A stretch of DNA of 64,000 nucleotides from Octopus sinensis (lineage: Eukaryota), in NCBI RefSeq assembly GCF_006345805.1, contig NC_043000.1:145080001-145144000 (forward strand), given 5' to 3'. Positions 26,900-38,899 of this stretch are shown in pieces. Each line of letters opens with the position of its first letter. The stretch's first letter is position 1. Under the pieces are notes generated by a model. The model was not told where the DNA came from. It did not search any database and was given only the letters and a program-made list of their open reading frames with translations. The translations under genes were made by a program, and so were the position numbers.

Positions 26900-28200
26900 G
26901 AAAAACAAGTTTATAAGTAGCTTGGTATATTAGAATTCAATCAAATCCTGGAGAACGAAAGGAAACAAGAGCCGAGGAAAGAATATCTCCGAAGACTAAG
27001 ATTTATGTTGTGCTCAAAAATGATTGGATAGAACAAAATCTAAGCAGTAAACACTTGGGTGATCGCATCATATCGGTATGGTGCTGGAATCACAAACTGG
27101 CAAAAACAGAAGTGATGAGTATGGATACTGAGTCAGAAACTATTGACAGTGCACGGAATATTATATTCTAACAGGGAACCTCATAGGTTGTGTTTGTCTA
27201 GACGAAAGGGTGGGAGAAGTTACAATAGTTGTATTGAAGCAAAGGAATACAGCTTGGTGTGATATCCAAAAACTACCATGGAACCGTTATTGATACAAGT
27301 GAATAAGTCCGGCATCATCAATTTGATAATCGTGTTAATAAAGAATCATTTCATGAGGAAAAGAACCCAAAAAATAACGGCATGTATAGGAAAAATGTTT
27401 ACATTCAGTTTGCAAGACATTCGAATTCCAAACCAGATAAAAATGCTGTTGGTTATAGATGCAGAGGAGCAACCAGAAGATAGAAACAGAAGCATTCATA
27501 TACGTGGTACAAGAACAAACATTGACACACTGTGTGAACTGCAGAATTGATAAAACAACTTGGAGCGACATATGTGTAATGAGAGTGGGTGAAACGGTAA
27601 GGTACATTGTTAGTGAATGTTCGAATCTAGCACAATGTGAATGCTAAAGACAACATATACGTGTGACAAGAATGACCCATTGGGAGCCCTGTGGCAGCTA
27701 ATAGCCTAGAAAAGTCAAAGATACATTATGGCCAGATTCTAGAGGAAGGTACAAATAATATAGACTAATAAGAGTGACCACCAGATTAGACATCGGAAAT
27801 CTAACGCTGTTGAGGTGAGCAGAAAAGAAAAAAAAAACATGCCTGATAACTGATACAGCATATCCTGATGACAGAAGGATCGAAGAGAAAGAACATATGA
27901 AGAGCTATGATGAATTGAAGTAAGAAACACGTAAGATGCAGGGTATGAGGTGAATGGGCGTGATGCCAATAGAGACTTGGGCGCTTGGAAGTATCAACGT
28001 TCCACTGCCGACGTGGCTGAAAAAAAGATTCGTGCAAATGTAAACATAGAACACCTACATAAATCAGCTTTGCAACAGTTCTTCACAGCGTTCTTGCAGC
28101 ATGATCAGTATACTGTTTCACCTTAGTCCAGTAACCGTGGGCAGCTGACACTCTCCATCATACCCAGCGAAAGAAGCATACGGTTTTCATCAAATAGTAA
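26900..28200 (+). mobile_element. Degraded R4/Dong-like RLE retrotransposon, 3' half
   Basis: Relics ETEAFIYVVQEQTL and C..VGETVRYIVSECSNLAQ (CCHC region), homologous to the 29.7 kb element. Ends in an (AAT)/(AAC) microsatellite. Confidence 0.7.
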
Positions 28201-28268
28201 TAATAGTGATAACAACAACAACAATAATAATAATGATAATTCTTGCTTTATTGGCCAATAATAATAAT

Positions 28269-28350
<82 letters not shown>

Positions 28351-28471
28351 TTTTTTTTTCCAAACACAATTGAACTCAGAAATTAAAAGAAAAAAAAATC
28401 ATCGAGTGAATATCAGAAAATATGCGTATGTGAATATACATATATATATACATATGTGTATAGGTATATAT

Positions 28472-29300
28472 ATATAAGAATAAATGTTTTTATATATAAT
28501 GAACGTGAAATACAGGAAGGGACGAACACGGAACACAGACAAATCATTCGAAGCCTTCAATCTTCAGTCAGACACCGAATCATCATAGCAAATTTCGGCT
28601 GTTCAATTCTGATATTTGCTCCAACTCGGCCACCCCAAGAAAAAAAACTAAGCTGTAAGCATTAGATTTCTTGTTAGAAGACAGGAATGTGAACGCACAA
28701 GACGGATGTAAATACAAGAGACGAAAACGAAATTGAAAACAGTAATGAATAAACAAAATATATATAACGGTGGTTGTCATACGACTTTAGACCAAATGAG
28801 ACAAAAACAACAACAACATAGCAGCTGGCGTAGAAATAATTACCGTTTCGGTAGCGGGGACACATGTTGGTCGAGATACGATGGCCAACAGAATGGTTAA
28901 GAAGCAGCAGGTTGCAGGAGAGAGAGAGAAAGAGAGACAGAGAGAGAGGGAATCAAAGAGGGTGGAAGGCAGGGGACAGAATCAGTGACCAAGAGAAAAA
29001 GAGAAAGAAGGGATTAAGGAGGATGGGAGGAAGAGGGGAGGATGATGGGAGGAAGAGGGGGGAAGAATCGGAGGGCGCCAAAATAATTTGGTGAAGAAGC
29101 AATGGCGGGTAGTAAAAGACAGTGTGTATAGAAGTCGTGCAGGGTTTAAAATTGGACAAACAAACGGGGGGGGTGCACGTAACGCCGCAATAATATAAGA
29201 ATAAATGTTTTTATATATAATGAACGTGAAATACAGGAAGGGACGAACACGGAACACAGACAAATCATTCGAAGCCTTCAATCTTCAGTCAGACACCGAA
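28472..29300. repeat. Non-coding unit bounded by identical 108-bp direct repeats
   Basis: 28472-28579 is identical to 29193-29300 (period 721). The unit begins in a TA tract. Confidence 0.9.
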
Positions 29301-29682
29301 GGATTGCTTTTCAAGATAACGCTGGTACTAGTAAACAGGTTTGACCTTTTCCTGACCCAAAATGTCCTTTGTCCACCATCTGATGAATCTATTTATAGAA
29401 CATGACCACTCTACCGTGGTGATGGTGATAGTGAGAATAATAATAATAATAATAATAAGCTACCGCTGTGACTACACATAAAACAATGTCATTGATGATG
29501 ATGATGATGATAATGATGATGATGACAGTGATGACAGTGATGATGATAATTCTTATTTTATATTTGTTTATTATTTTTTTTCTCGTATTTTATTCTCATT
29601 TTTTCGAACTAATACGGCGAGAGTGAACCTTTCATAAGTTTAAAGAAATAAATGAATAAATAAATAAAAAGAAGGGAAAACT

Positions 29683-30858
29683 ATGCCCGGAGATAAAACT
29701 ATCAACAAAAAAGATACAGACGAATACAGATCTGCTAGCCTTAGGAAACTACGCTACGAACAATGTTTACGTGCAGAAAATCCTAAACTGACAGATCCGT
29801 CTCTTAATGTAAGAGTCGAAGCTCGTCATGCTTCAAGGTCAACAAATCAAACAATAAACCGCATTGGTCATTGCGCGGATTACAAAAGACCACGTACCCG
29901 AAAATTGAACCAAAGTCTGATTGAAAAATCAGCTACTGGATCAAATCTTCCCGACACACAGGAGCTGGACGTACCCCGCAACTGGAATATTCCAACAGAT
30001 GGCCATCCATGCTCGTCACCAAACACTCAAAAGAAAAAGAAGGAAAAATGGACTAGGGAAGATAATAAAGAAGTTCTTGCAGCCTTCTATCATGCCATAT
30101 ATTTCCCCACAGATAAATCGAACACTATACAAACCTACATAAACTGGAGACAGAAACACCCTGAAGTAAGGCCCTACATAGACAGTCACAAACTTGCCAA
30201 CGTCAGAAGAAACATTATAAAAAAAAAATTACTGACTGAAGTAGAGATTGATCAAATTAAACAAGCAGTAACGGATAGAATGAACGAAGCTGCAGCTAAA
30301 GAAGATAATACAGAGGAAATAATTATAGACCAGCTCAGAGCTAATATAAACGAAGTAAGGATTGAAAGAGTTAGTATAAGTGATAGGCAAAGTGAAATAC
30401 TCCCTGAACCAAATATAAACACTAAGACAGATGAACATCAAATAGATGAAGAAAGTCACACAAATATTGACCCGACAGAACTACATGAGCTAAAAAGTCA
30501 AATCATGATTGAATGGATGAAAATTAAAGAAACCAGTATGGATGAACGTGATACACTCCCTAAAATACGCAAATCTAACCAAAACATGAAAATAATTGGT
30601 AAAATCCGGCTTGCACTTAAGGATATAATTTCAGCTAATGATGTTGATATCACAGATCTCAACCACCTATACTATGCATCCGCGAAAATCTCAACGATCC
30701 TATGTGGTGAAAAGATTAGAAAACGGCAACATTTCCACAAAAAGCCTTCTTGGCAAGAGCGTTTGCAACAACAAATTAAACTATTTAGATCTGACATTGA
30801 ATATTTGAAAAACCTTAAGGTTCATAAGACTACCAAATCTGCAAAAACCCCAAAATAA
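29683..30858 (+). CDS. N-terminal part of the R4/Dong-type ORF (Myb-like KWTREDN region)
   Basis: 391-aa ORF with KWTREDNKEVLAAFY and PSWQERL motifs typical of the N-terminal part of RLE elements. Its stop overlaps the next start (TAATG). Confidence 0.8.
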   Translation: MPGDKTINKKDTDEYRSASLRKLRYEQCLRAENPKLTDPSLNVRVEARHASRSTNQTINRIGHCADYKRPRTRKLNQSLIEKSATGSNLPDTQELDVPRNWNIPTDGHPCSSPNTQKKKKEKWTREDNKEVLAAFYHAIYFPTDKSNTIQTYINWRQKHPEVRPYIDSHKLANVRRNIIKKKLLTEVEIDQIKQAVTDRMNEAAAKEDNTEEIIIDQLRANINEVRIERVSISDRQSEILPEPNINTKTDEHQIDEESHTNIDPTELHELKSQIMIEWMKIKETSMDERDTLPKIRKSNQNMKIIGKIRLALKDIISANDVDITDLNHLYYASAKISTILCGEKIRKRQHFHKKPSWQERLQQQIKLFRSDIEYLKNLKVHKTTKSAKTPK

Positions 30859-33446
30859 TGAAAAAATATAATATGAAAACTATACTTGATATTGATGCCA
30901 CCATAGAAACCATCAAGCAAAAGGTATCTGCTAAAGCTGCCCGCATAGCGAGGTATGAAAAGCGTATTAGATTCTACAGGGACAACAACATGTTCAAAAA
31001 TAACCCCAAACATTTTTACAGGAAGATAGGAAAAACAACAGTTACTGTAAAGTCTGTACCATCAAACGAAGAAGTGCAGGGATTTTGGAATAAAATTTGG
31101 GCAGAAGAAAAAACACACAGCGAAAAGGCCCCCTGGATTGATAGAATATCTAAAGAACTGGACTCCTTAGAAGAGCAAAAGTGGGAGGGTGTCAAGGTAG
31201 AAGATATAAGATCTGCTCTCAGGAGGTCAAGCAAATGGAAGTCTCCAGGAAAGGATAAAATCCCTAACTTTTGGTTGAATGCCTTCCCAGAGAGCCATGA
31301 ACTGCTAGCAGAACTTTACAATGATGTTTTGCAACACTCTAGTAGGATGCCTCCTTGGCTAGTTAATGGGTTAACATTCCTGCTTCCAAAAAGTGAAGAA
31401 ACAAATGAACCCAAAAACTATAGACCCATAACCTGCTTAACAACTATGTATAAAACACTAACATCTGTCCTGACGGAATATACCTATAGTTTTTTGACAG
31501 ACAGCAGCATATTCCCTAATGAACAGAAAGGATGTAAACGGGGATCCTACGGTTGTAAAGATCAACTACTCATCAATAAGATGATCTTAGAAGATTGTCA
31601 CAAACGACACAAAAACTTATCAATAGCCTGGATAGACTATAAAAAGGCTTTTGATAGCCTACCACATAGCTGGATTAATAAATGCCTAGAAATGTATAAG
31701 ATAGCACCTGCTCTGCAAAACTTTTTGTCTGTAAGTATGAGATCATGGAGAACCACACTAACTTTGAACAGTGACAATGAATCTCTAAATGCTGGTGATA
31801 TAAAAATTTCATGTGGCATTTTCCAGGGTGACTCACTATCACCGCTCCTCTTCTGTTTAGCCTTAATACCTCTCTCAAAACTGCTCAATGATGCGCAGTA
31901 CGGATATAAAATGTTTGATAAAAATATAAATCATCTCATTTACATGGATGATTTAAAGCTCTTTGCAAAAAATGACCAACAACTCAAGGGCTTACTAGCG
32001 ATTGTCAAACAATTCAGTGACGACATCAGAATGCAATTTGGCCTCGATAAATGCGCAAAAGCTACCTTTATCAAAGGAAAAATGACAGAAACATCTAACG
32101 TTAACCTTGACCAGCAGAATGTCATAAAAGAATTAGACCCAGCAGAGATCTACAAGTATCTAGGGGTAATTGAAGGAGAAGGAATAAGGCATTCAGAGAT
32201 GAAGGATAGGATCAGGAGAGAATGCTATCGCAGAGTAAGAGCAATACTCAAGACAGAGCTGAATGCGAGAAACAGGATCGAAGCGATCAATGCATTAGCC
32301 ATACCAGTCGTGACTTACAGTTTCAGTATCGTTAACTGGTCAATTACTGAAATATGTAATCTTGACAGAAAAATACGAAAACTGTTGACAATGCATAGAA
32401 TGCACCACACTAAGGCAGATACAGAACGACTTTATCTGCCAAGAAAAGAGGGAGGCCGTGGACTTTTACAACTGGCAATAACAATGAAGATTGCTACAAT
32501 TGGCCTAGACACCTACCTGAAAAACTCTGAGGACTGGATGTTAAAACTTGTCTCAAAACATGAAAACAAGAAAGCATCATACTCAGTAACAAAACAGGCA
32601 AAGGAATATCTAAGTGAATTCCGAATACAACAAATTTCGGAATTAGAGATAGACATACAAGAAACAGGCACAGAAAAAGCTAAGCGCATGAAAACCCGTG
32701 CTAAATCTGCGGCCTTAGATATTCTGAATGATACATGGCAAGAAAAACCTCTATATGGCAAATACCCAAAGAGAGCAAATAATGCAGATGTTGACAAAGC
32801 CCTGACCCATCAATGGCTAATGGCCTCTGGCTTAAAATCTGAAACAGAGGGGTTTATCATAGCAGCTCAAGATCAATGCCTACCAACAAGAAACTACCAG
32901 GCCAACATATTAAAGATCAGAAGCAGTCCAACGTGTCGTGTATGCAAGCAACAAAATGAAACCATTGACCATGTGGTCTCCAAGTGCAGTCTTCTAGCGC
33001 CTACAGAATATCTCAACAGGCACGATAGAGCTGCACAATATATTCACTGGGTAATCTGTAAAAACCTGGATTTGCCCCATGAAAAAAACTGGTGGGAACA
33101 TAAACCACCCCCAGTGCTTGAAAATGACCACATCTCACTCCTCTGGAACTTCGCCATTCAAACTGACAGAAAGATAGATGCAAATAGGCCAGACATCATA
33201 TTGAAAGACTTCAAACAAAGAACATGCCTCCTCATTGATATGACTGTCCCAATCGATATAAACGTATCTGTCAAGACCTACCAAAAACTGAGCAAATATA
33301 AAGATCTTGAAATAGAAATCAGCAAAATGTGGAAGCTGAAGACTAAAACAATACCTGTTGTCATAGGCGCCCTGGGAATGATAGCCAAAGGGGCAGATAG
33401 CTACCTAACTCAGATACCAGGAAACCCAAAAATGGCAGAAATTTAA
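30858..33446 (+). CDS. Reverse transcriptase / zinc knuckle / RLE endonuclease
   Basis: KSPGKD, YRPITCL, DYKKAFDS, GIFQGDSLSP, YMDD, YKYLG, CRVC...HVVSKC, RHD, RPDI, K..KY. Premature TAA at 33444 (CAA in the adjacent copy); natural stop at 33498-33500. Confidence 0.95.
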   Translation: MKKYNMKTILDIDATIETIKQKVSAKAARIARYEKRIRFYRDNNMFKNNPKHFYRKIGKTTVTVKSVPSNEEVQGFWNKIWAEEKTHSEKAPWIDRISKELDSLEEQKWEGVKVEDIRSALRRSSKWKSPGKDKIPNFWLNAFPESHELLAELYNDVLQHSSRMPPWLVNGLTFLLPKSEETNEPKNYRPITCLTTMYKTLTSVLTEYTYSFLTDSSIFPNEQKGCKRGSYGCKDQLLINKMILEDCHKRHKNLSIAWIDYKKAFDSLPHSWINKCLEMYKIAPALQNFLSVSMRSWRTTLTLNSDNESLNAGDIKISCGIFQGDSLSPLLFCLALIPLSKLLNDAQYGYKMFDKNINHLIYMDDLKLFAKNDQQLKGLLAIVKQFSDDIRMQFGLDKCAKATFIKGKMTETSNVNLDQQNVIKELDPAEIYKYLGVIEGEGIRHSEMKDRIRRECYRRVRAILKTELNARNRIEAINALAIPVVTYSFSIVNWSITEICNLDRKIRKLLTMHRMHHTKADTERLYLPRKEGGRGLLQLAITMKIATIGLDTYLKNSEDWMLKLVSKHENKKASYSVTKQAKEYLSEFRIQQISELEIDIQETGTEKAKRMKTRAKSAALDILNDTWQEKPLYGKYPKRANNADVDKALTHQWLMASGLKSETEGFIIAAQDQCLPTRNYQANILKIRSSPTCRVCKQQNETIDHVVSKCSLLAPTEYLNRHDRAAQYIHWVICKNLDLPHEKNWWEHKPPPVLENDHISLLWNFAIQTDRKIDANRPDIILKDFKQRTCLLIDMTVPIDINVSVKTYQKLSKYKDLEIEISKMWKLKTKTIPVVIGALGMIAKGADSYLTQIPGNPKMAEI

Positions 33447-33712
33447 AAGATAGTGCTCATGGGAACTGCTCATATCCTACGCAAAATACTTTCTATGTAA
33501 TCTCAAGGTTTAAAACAAACATAATTTCGGTTTAAAAAAAAAAAAAATTAAATTTTTTTTTTTAGACATTCATTAGTACAACACCCCACCCCCCAAATAT
33601 ATGGCACACTAGGCATAACAACAACATGAACTTCCAACCCTGTTGTCTCTTGAGGTCTCTGGGTGAGACTTGGAGCCAACTTGTACAAATATAAAGCAAA
33701 AGTCAAACATAG

Positions 33713-33744
<32 letters not shown>

Positions 33745-33748
33745 TAAC

Positions 33749-34102
33749 CTGAAGACTAAAAAAATACCTGTTGCCATAGGTGCCCTGGGAATGATAGCGA
33801 AAGGGGCTGATTGCTACCTAACTCAGATACCAGGAAACCCCAAAATGGTAGAAATTCAAAAGATAGTGCTCATGGGAACTGCTCATATCCTACGCAAAAT
33901 ACTTTCTATGTAATTCGAATGTTTAAAACAATTTTTTTTTTACATATTAGACATTCACTAGTACAACACCAAAAAAAAAAATATATATATATGGCCCACT
34001 AGGCATAACAACAACTCGAACTTCCAACCTGTTGTCTCTTGAGGTCTCTAGGTGAGACTTGGAGCCAACTTGTACAGACATAAAGCAAAAGTCAAACATA
34101 GA
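33749..34102 (+). mobile_element. Second, 5'-truncated copy of the same R4/Dong element
   Basis: Closely matches 33336-33712. (AAT)n on both sides. Confidence 0.92.
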
Positions 34103-34103
34103 C

Positions 34104-34165
<62 letters not shown>

Positions 34166-34686
34166 TCTGTTAACGGCACAACGCCCCAGATTTTGATCGG
34201 CGGGATTCAGGTCATTATACTGACACCAGTAATCAAATATCAACCCCAATGAATTGTTCTGAACAATAGTAGAACACATTCTTTGTATTCTGACGCAGCT
34301 ATGTTGTATGTCGTTATCAGCATTTCGACGTAAATGGATCTCTTTAAGATAATCCATAGAATAATGATTGTCTTTCACGAATATATATACACAAATATTT
34401 TAATGTAGAAATACGCTGAGATATATGAGAATAATACATATGAATTCAAACAAAAAATGCATTTACAAATTAAATATATTTGGAAAGAAAATACTGTACT
34501 TTAGCAGTTGACAGGATTTTCCTTTTCTTTCTCAGACCTATTAATATGTATCCGGTATAGATAATATTAATATGCTTTCAGACCTATTAAGAAATATATA
34601 TGTACATAGTGGTCAATATTTGATTTGAAAAATGCAGCCGCCACCGATAGTTTGTTGGTTCCATGAGAATATCTGGGGCGTTTAAT

Positions 34687-35060
34687 GCGGTGAACTGGCA
34701 GAAACGTTAGCACGCCGTGTGAAATGCGCAGCCGTATTTCGTATGCCGCTACGTTCTGAGTTCAAATTCCGCCGAGGTCGACTGTGCCTTTCATTCTTTC
34801 GGGGTCGATTAAATAAGTACCATTAACGCACTGGGGTAGATATAATCGAATTAATCCGTTTGTCTGTCCTTGTTTTTCCTCTCTGTCTTTAGCCCCTCGT
34901 GGGTATTAAAGAAATAAAGAAATAGGTATATTGTCTGAGTACGTTATGAGTTGAAATTCAGCTGAGGTCGACTTTGCCTTTCATCATTTCGAAGACGATA
35001 AATTAAGTACGAGTTGCATACAGGAGTCGATCAAAACTTTTGGGGCATTCTGCCTAGAGG
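34687..35060 (+). mobile_element. SINE family B (Nin-domain-like): full copy plus a partial tandem copy
   Basis: 34687-34916 is homologous to 21216-21448. The core gaggtcgactttgcctttcatc is repeated at about 34964-34985. Confidence 0.85.
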
Positions 35061-35298
35061 AGAAAATAGTATTTTGAGCGTTTATTAAGCAGAAAGCGGT
35101 GGTTGGTGTTCATATCCACAAAATCATAACTCTCGTGAATTTTATTTATTTATGGGGGAAGTATTTAACCGCTTCCCTACATGATGAACATGTAAAGAAC
35201 ACAAATATATAGAATAAGCACATACACACACACACACACATACACACACATTCACCCTCACACGCAGTAGAACGATATATATGTAAGCATAAATGCGC

Positions 35299-35350
<52 letters not shown>

Positions 35351-36464
35351 GTGCGTGCGTGTTTGTGTGTGTATATCTGTGTGTATGTGTTTGTGTGTTT
35401 GTGGGGGTATACGAGTATAATACACATATATACACATATATATACATACATGTATATATATATATATATGTATATGCGTGTGTGTGTATATATAATAAAA
35501 ATAGATGTGCGTGTTCCTGTCTGTCTGACTATCTGCATATAGGATGAACAACTTCAGCGTAGATACAAAGACTGAAAGTTAATTACTATGTAACATTTCA
35601 CGACGAACACAATAGAAGTGGTCCCGTGTTTCGAGCGGCTCTCAGAAGAGAGTTGCTGGCCCTCCTCCAACATTAAAAAAATCACATTTCAAAAATAAAT
35701 GAAGTGGTAAGGGAGATAATTTCTTGAGGATTAAAATATGCCACTACCAAATTAACAATAAATAAATGAAGAGTTAAGGGATGTAATTTCTTGAAGATTA
35801 ACACACCATATACAAATTTCTTAAAATAAATAACCTGACTAAGGGATATAATTTCTTATAGGATTATCATATTTCTCCATTTTATTACAAAATATGGTTG
35901 GGTACTATTCATTTCGTATGCTATATGTATAATAACATGTGTTTGGGGTGTATTTAACTGTAATAAGCTCCTTTATCCCGCATTGCTATAAGTATTACTT
36001 AAATATTATTTTACATTCGTTCTACATTTACATCTGTAGAAGATCAGTTTTCGCTTTTCCGCTGCCTAGCTTCACAATAGAAACCGTAGAAGATCACTTT
36101 CAATTTATTCCCTGCCTACATTCAGAATAGAAACCGTATCTCAGATTTCACTCTAACATGTTTCCATTGTTTCACGTAATCCACATCACAATTCACGAGG
36201 TCAGCTGTCATTTCCCTATCTCACTTGGGCATATTTGTACAGAATTTCATTTGAAAATACCCATTCTCACAAAACATGGGAAGCAACAAATTCTTTGGGG
36301 CACTATTCTGTAGGTATGCCATATGTATAATATAAAGACACACATGACATGTTTGTCGTTGTGTGTGTAACTGTGCGTGTGTATGTTTATATTTGTGTGT
36401 GTGTATGACTGTAATAGCATCTAATAATATATATTGATATAAGAAAAAGGGAAGCTCATGTTGA

Positions 36465-36843
36465 GTTAGTTAGTTAGTTAGTTAGTTAATTTGGCTCAAA
36501 AGCAAATAGCAAGGCCATGTAGGGGGACATGGAGTTAAATACAGGGTGGTGTTCATGTAAAGAGTTCAGGCCACTTGAGGTCCAGGGAGGCTTTGAACAA
36601 AGCGGTCGTCGGCATCTTCACCATCTCGTCTGGCAGCTTGTTCCACGGATCCGCAACCCGGACGGAGAAAGCTCCTCTCCTTCGATTGAGATGAAATCGT
36701 CGCAGGTAGAGCTTTTCGGAATGACCCCGCAGCCGACGCTCCGGAGCAGGAGTGAAGAACAGCTCTTTTGAGAGGTTACACTTCCCGCTTATGATGTTGT
36801 GGGCGAGAATGAGATCACCACGGCGGCGGCGTTTTTCAAGAGA
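36465..36843 (-). mobile_element. 5'-truncated CR1-group LINE 3' end with (TAAC)n tail
   Basis: Open minus-strand frame SLEKRRRRGDLI...LRGHSEKL...FSVRVADPWNKLP...FKASLD, short 3'UTR, (TAAC)n tail. Confidence 0.85.
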
Positions 36844-36844
36844 T

Positions 36845-38640
36845 CATCCAAGTAATAATAAGACGACCGACTTTCGTCTCCTTTCTAAGATATCTACTGA
36901 TAGAGAAACTTGTTTAGTCTTAGATTTGTTTGATGACAGTGGAATAGAACAATGTTTGAGTCTTCAGTGTCACGCAGACCTATTTCTTTGAGACATCTTT
37001 TGGCTATTCTTCTCCTGAATTGCGAAGTAAGTAATCCATTAGCGTTATGGCACAAGAATAAGAATAATTTATCAGAAGACTATAAATATCAATTAAGATT
37101 CCTTGAGAGAGAAATTACAGTTTATGACCATATATATAATTCTACATTGGTTGATATCGAAGATCTCATTGTTTCAATAGAATGAGAGGATATCAGCAAG
37201 TTTAGCTTGCCTGAAACCCATCGAAATGAGGTGAACAATGTGATCATAAAAAAAGGGTTACGAGAAATTTGATATGATATTGATTCATTGACAAGAATTC
37301 CTTGAACAAAAATGTCCCGAAACTTCTGCTGGACCAACAACTTGCATGTACAACATTCAACGACCAAGTGACACATATCAATGGAGGATTATATTTTTTA
37401 GACGCACCAGGAGGAACACGAAAACATTTTGTTATAAATTTAAAATTCAATGATAGCCAACGCCTGGCAGAAAAATGAAAATAGGCGTAGTGGTAGCGAG
37501 CTCTGTAATTACTGCGACTCTACTCACAGGAGGCCTAACAGCTCATGCAATATTAAAGCCGCCATTCAAACTAACATCAAATGATGAACCTGCTGCAATA
37601 TTAGTAAAAGTTATTTAATTCAAGTTCTTATGAAATCTTCTTTGATCATATGGGACGAAGCTACAATGTTCTATAACAAATCTTTACAAATTGTTGACAC
37701 AATTCTGCAGGATTTGTGCAATTCTAATGGTTTGATGCAAGGTGTGACAACAGTACTTTCAGGTGATTTCAAACAAAATTTGCCAGTGATTCCCAGAAAA
37801 AAGGTGGATGAATTGAGATCATGCTTGAAAACTTTCATTTTAGGAAGCATATCAAAATGTTAAAATTATCTACAAATACGAGGGCACATTTGCATGGGGA
37901 TCATATGTCAGAACAATTTGCCCATACTATTTTGCAACTTGGAGAAGGAAGGTTAGATATCAATCATGAAGGTGACTTGAATCCATCGAATATCTGCACT
38001 TTGATCAACTCGGTTCAGCAACTTATAGAAATAGCTTTTCCAAGTATAATTTCAAATTACACCAGTGCTGCTTGGTTGTGCGAAAGAACAATCACCAAAG
38101 AACTTTACAGTGAATAATTTAAATGAAAGACTTGAGAAATGTTTACCAGGAAAGGAACATTCTTTTAAATTTATTGACTCTGTTGTGGATGAATCGGAAA
38201 TAGTCAATTACCTGGTTGAGTTCTTAAACCTTTTGCAACCACATGGAGTTCCTCCTCATTTCATCCCATTCAAATCATGCTTCTTCGCAAACTTTCTCAA
38301 CGAAAGGTGTGCAATGGCACAAAGCTTGTTGTCATGAAATGTCATGCAGGCCACAAAAATCTAGCTGTGGAAAAGGTGAAGGTGTTTTTAGTCCTTGCTT
38401 ACACTTTGTACCTTTCAGTATACCTTTCGAGTTCAAATGACTTCAGTTACCAATACGTCAGTATGTTGTGATGTCCATCAATATTTCCCATGGCCAAACT
38501 TTGAAGTTGCTGATTTTCAATTAGAAGGAGATTGTATCTCATATGGTCTGTTATATGTTGGGACATTCAGAGTGGGGAGCAAGAACAATCTTTTCATTTT
38601 TACCCTGCAGGTAATAGCAGAAATATTATTTATAAGTAAG
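36845..38640 (+). pseudogene. Degraded Helitron PIF1-like helicase region
   Basis: Frameshifted motifs [75 protein letters not shown]. Confidence 0.9.
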
Positions 38641-38899
38641 ACTTATTTTCCATGTGTTCAACAATCTAAAATTTACAGAACGATTAAATTTGCAGAATGA
38701 TTAATTACTTTCAGTTGACATCGTCAACATTACTGGATATTTGTCTAAGAAAAGCTATTAGTTTTCTTTTGTTTTTTTTTCTGTAATATTTCGTTCAGTA
38801 AACTATAGTACATATGTGTTTAGTTTTCCCCGTATTTTTATTTACTAGGCCGATGTATGTGCTATGTTTGCTTCATGTATAGATTGAAATACTGTAGAT

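Larger units (their letters stand above)
29550..33712 (+). mobile_element. Near full-length R4/Dong-clade non-LTR retrotransposon (RT + CCHC + restriction-like endonuclease)
   Basis: Two adjacent ORFs. The 3'UTR ends ...gtcaaacataga directly into (AAT)n. 5' boundary approximate. Confidence 0.92.

Noticed and set aside
28540-28575. Minus-strand CTGAAGA...GAAT in the 108-bp repeats as a hammerhead
   Set aside because: No GAAA and no stem I complementarity.
29375-29410. CTGATGA after the 721-bp unit as a hammerhead
   Set aside because: No downstream GAAA or stem III; at most a decayed relic.
35705-35870. Three loose repeats of aaggga.ataatttctt.a..att with a period of about 65 bp
   Set aside because: Short degenerate minisatellite inside a probable repeat relic; no evidence of function.
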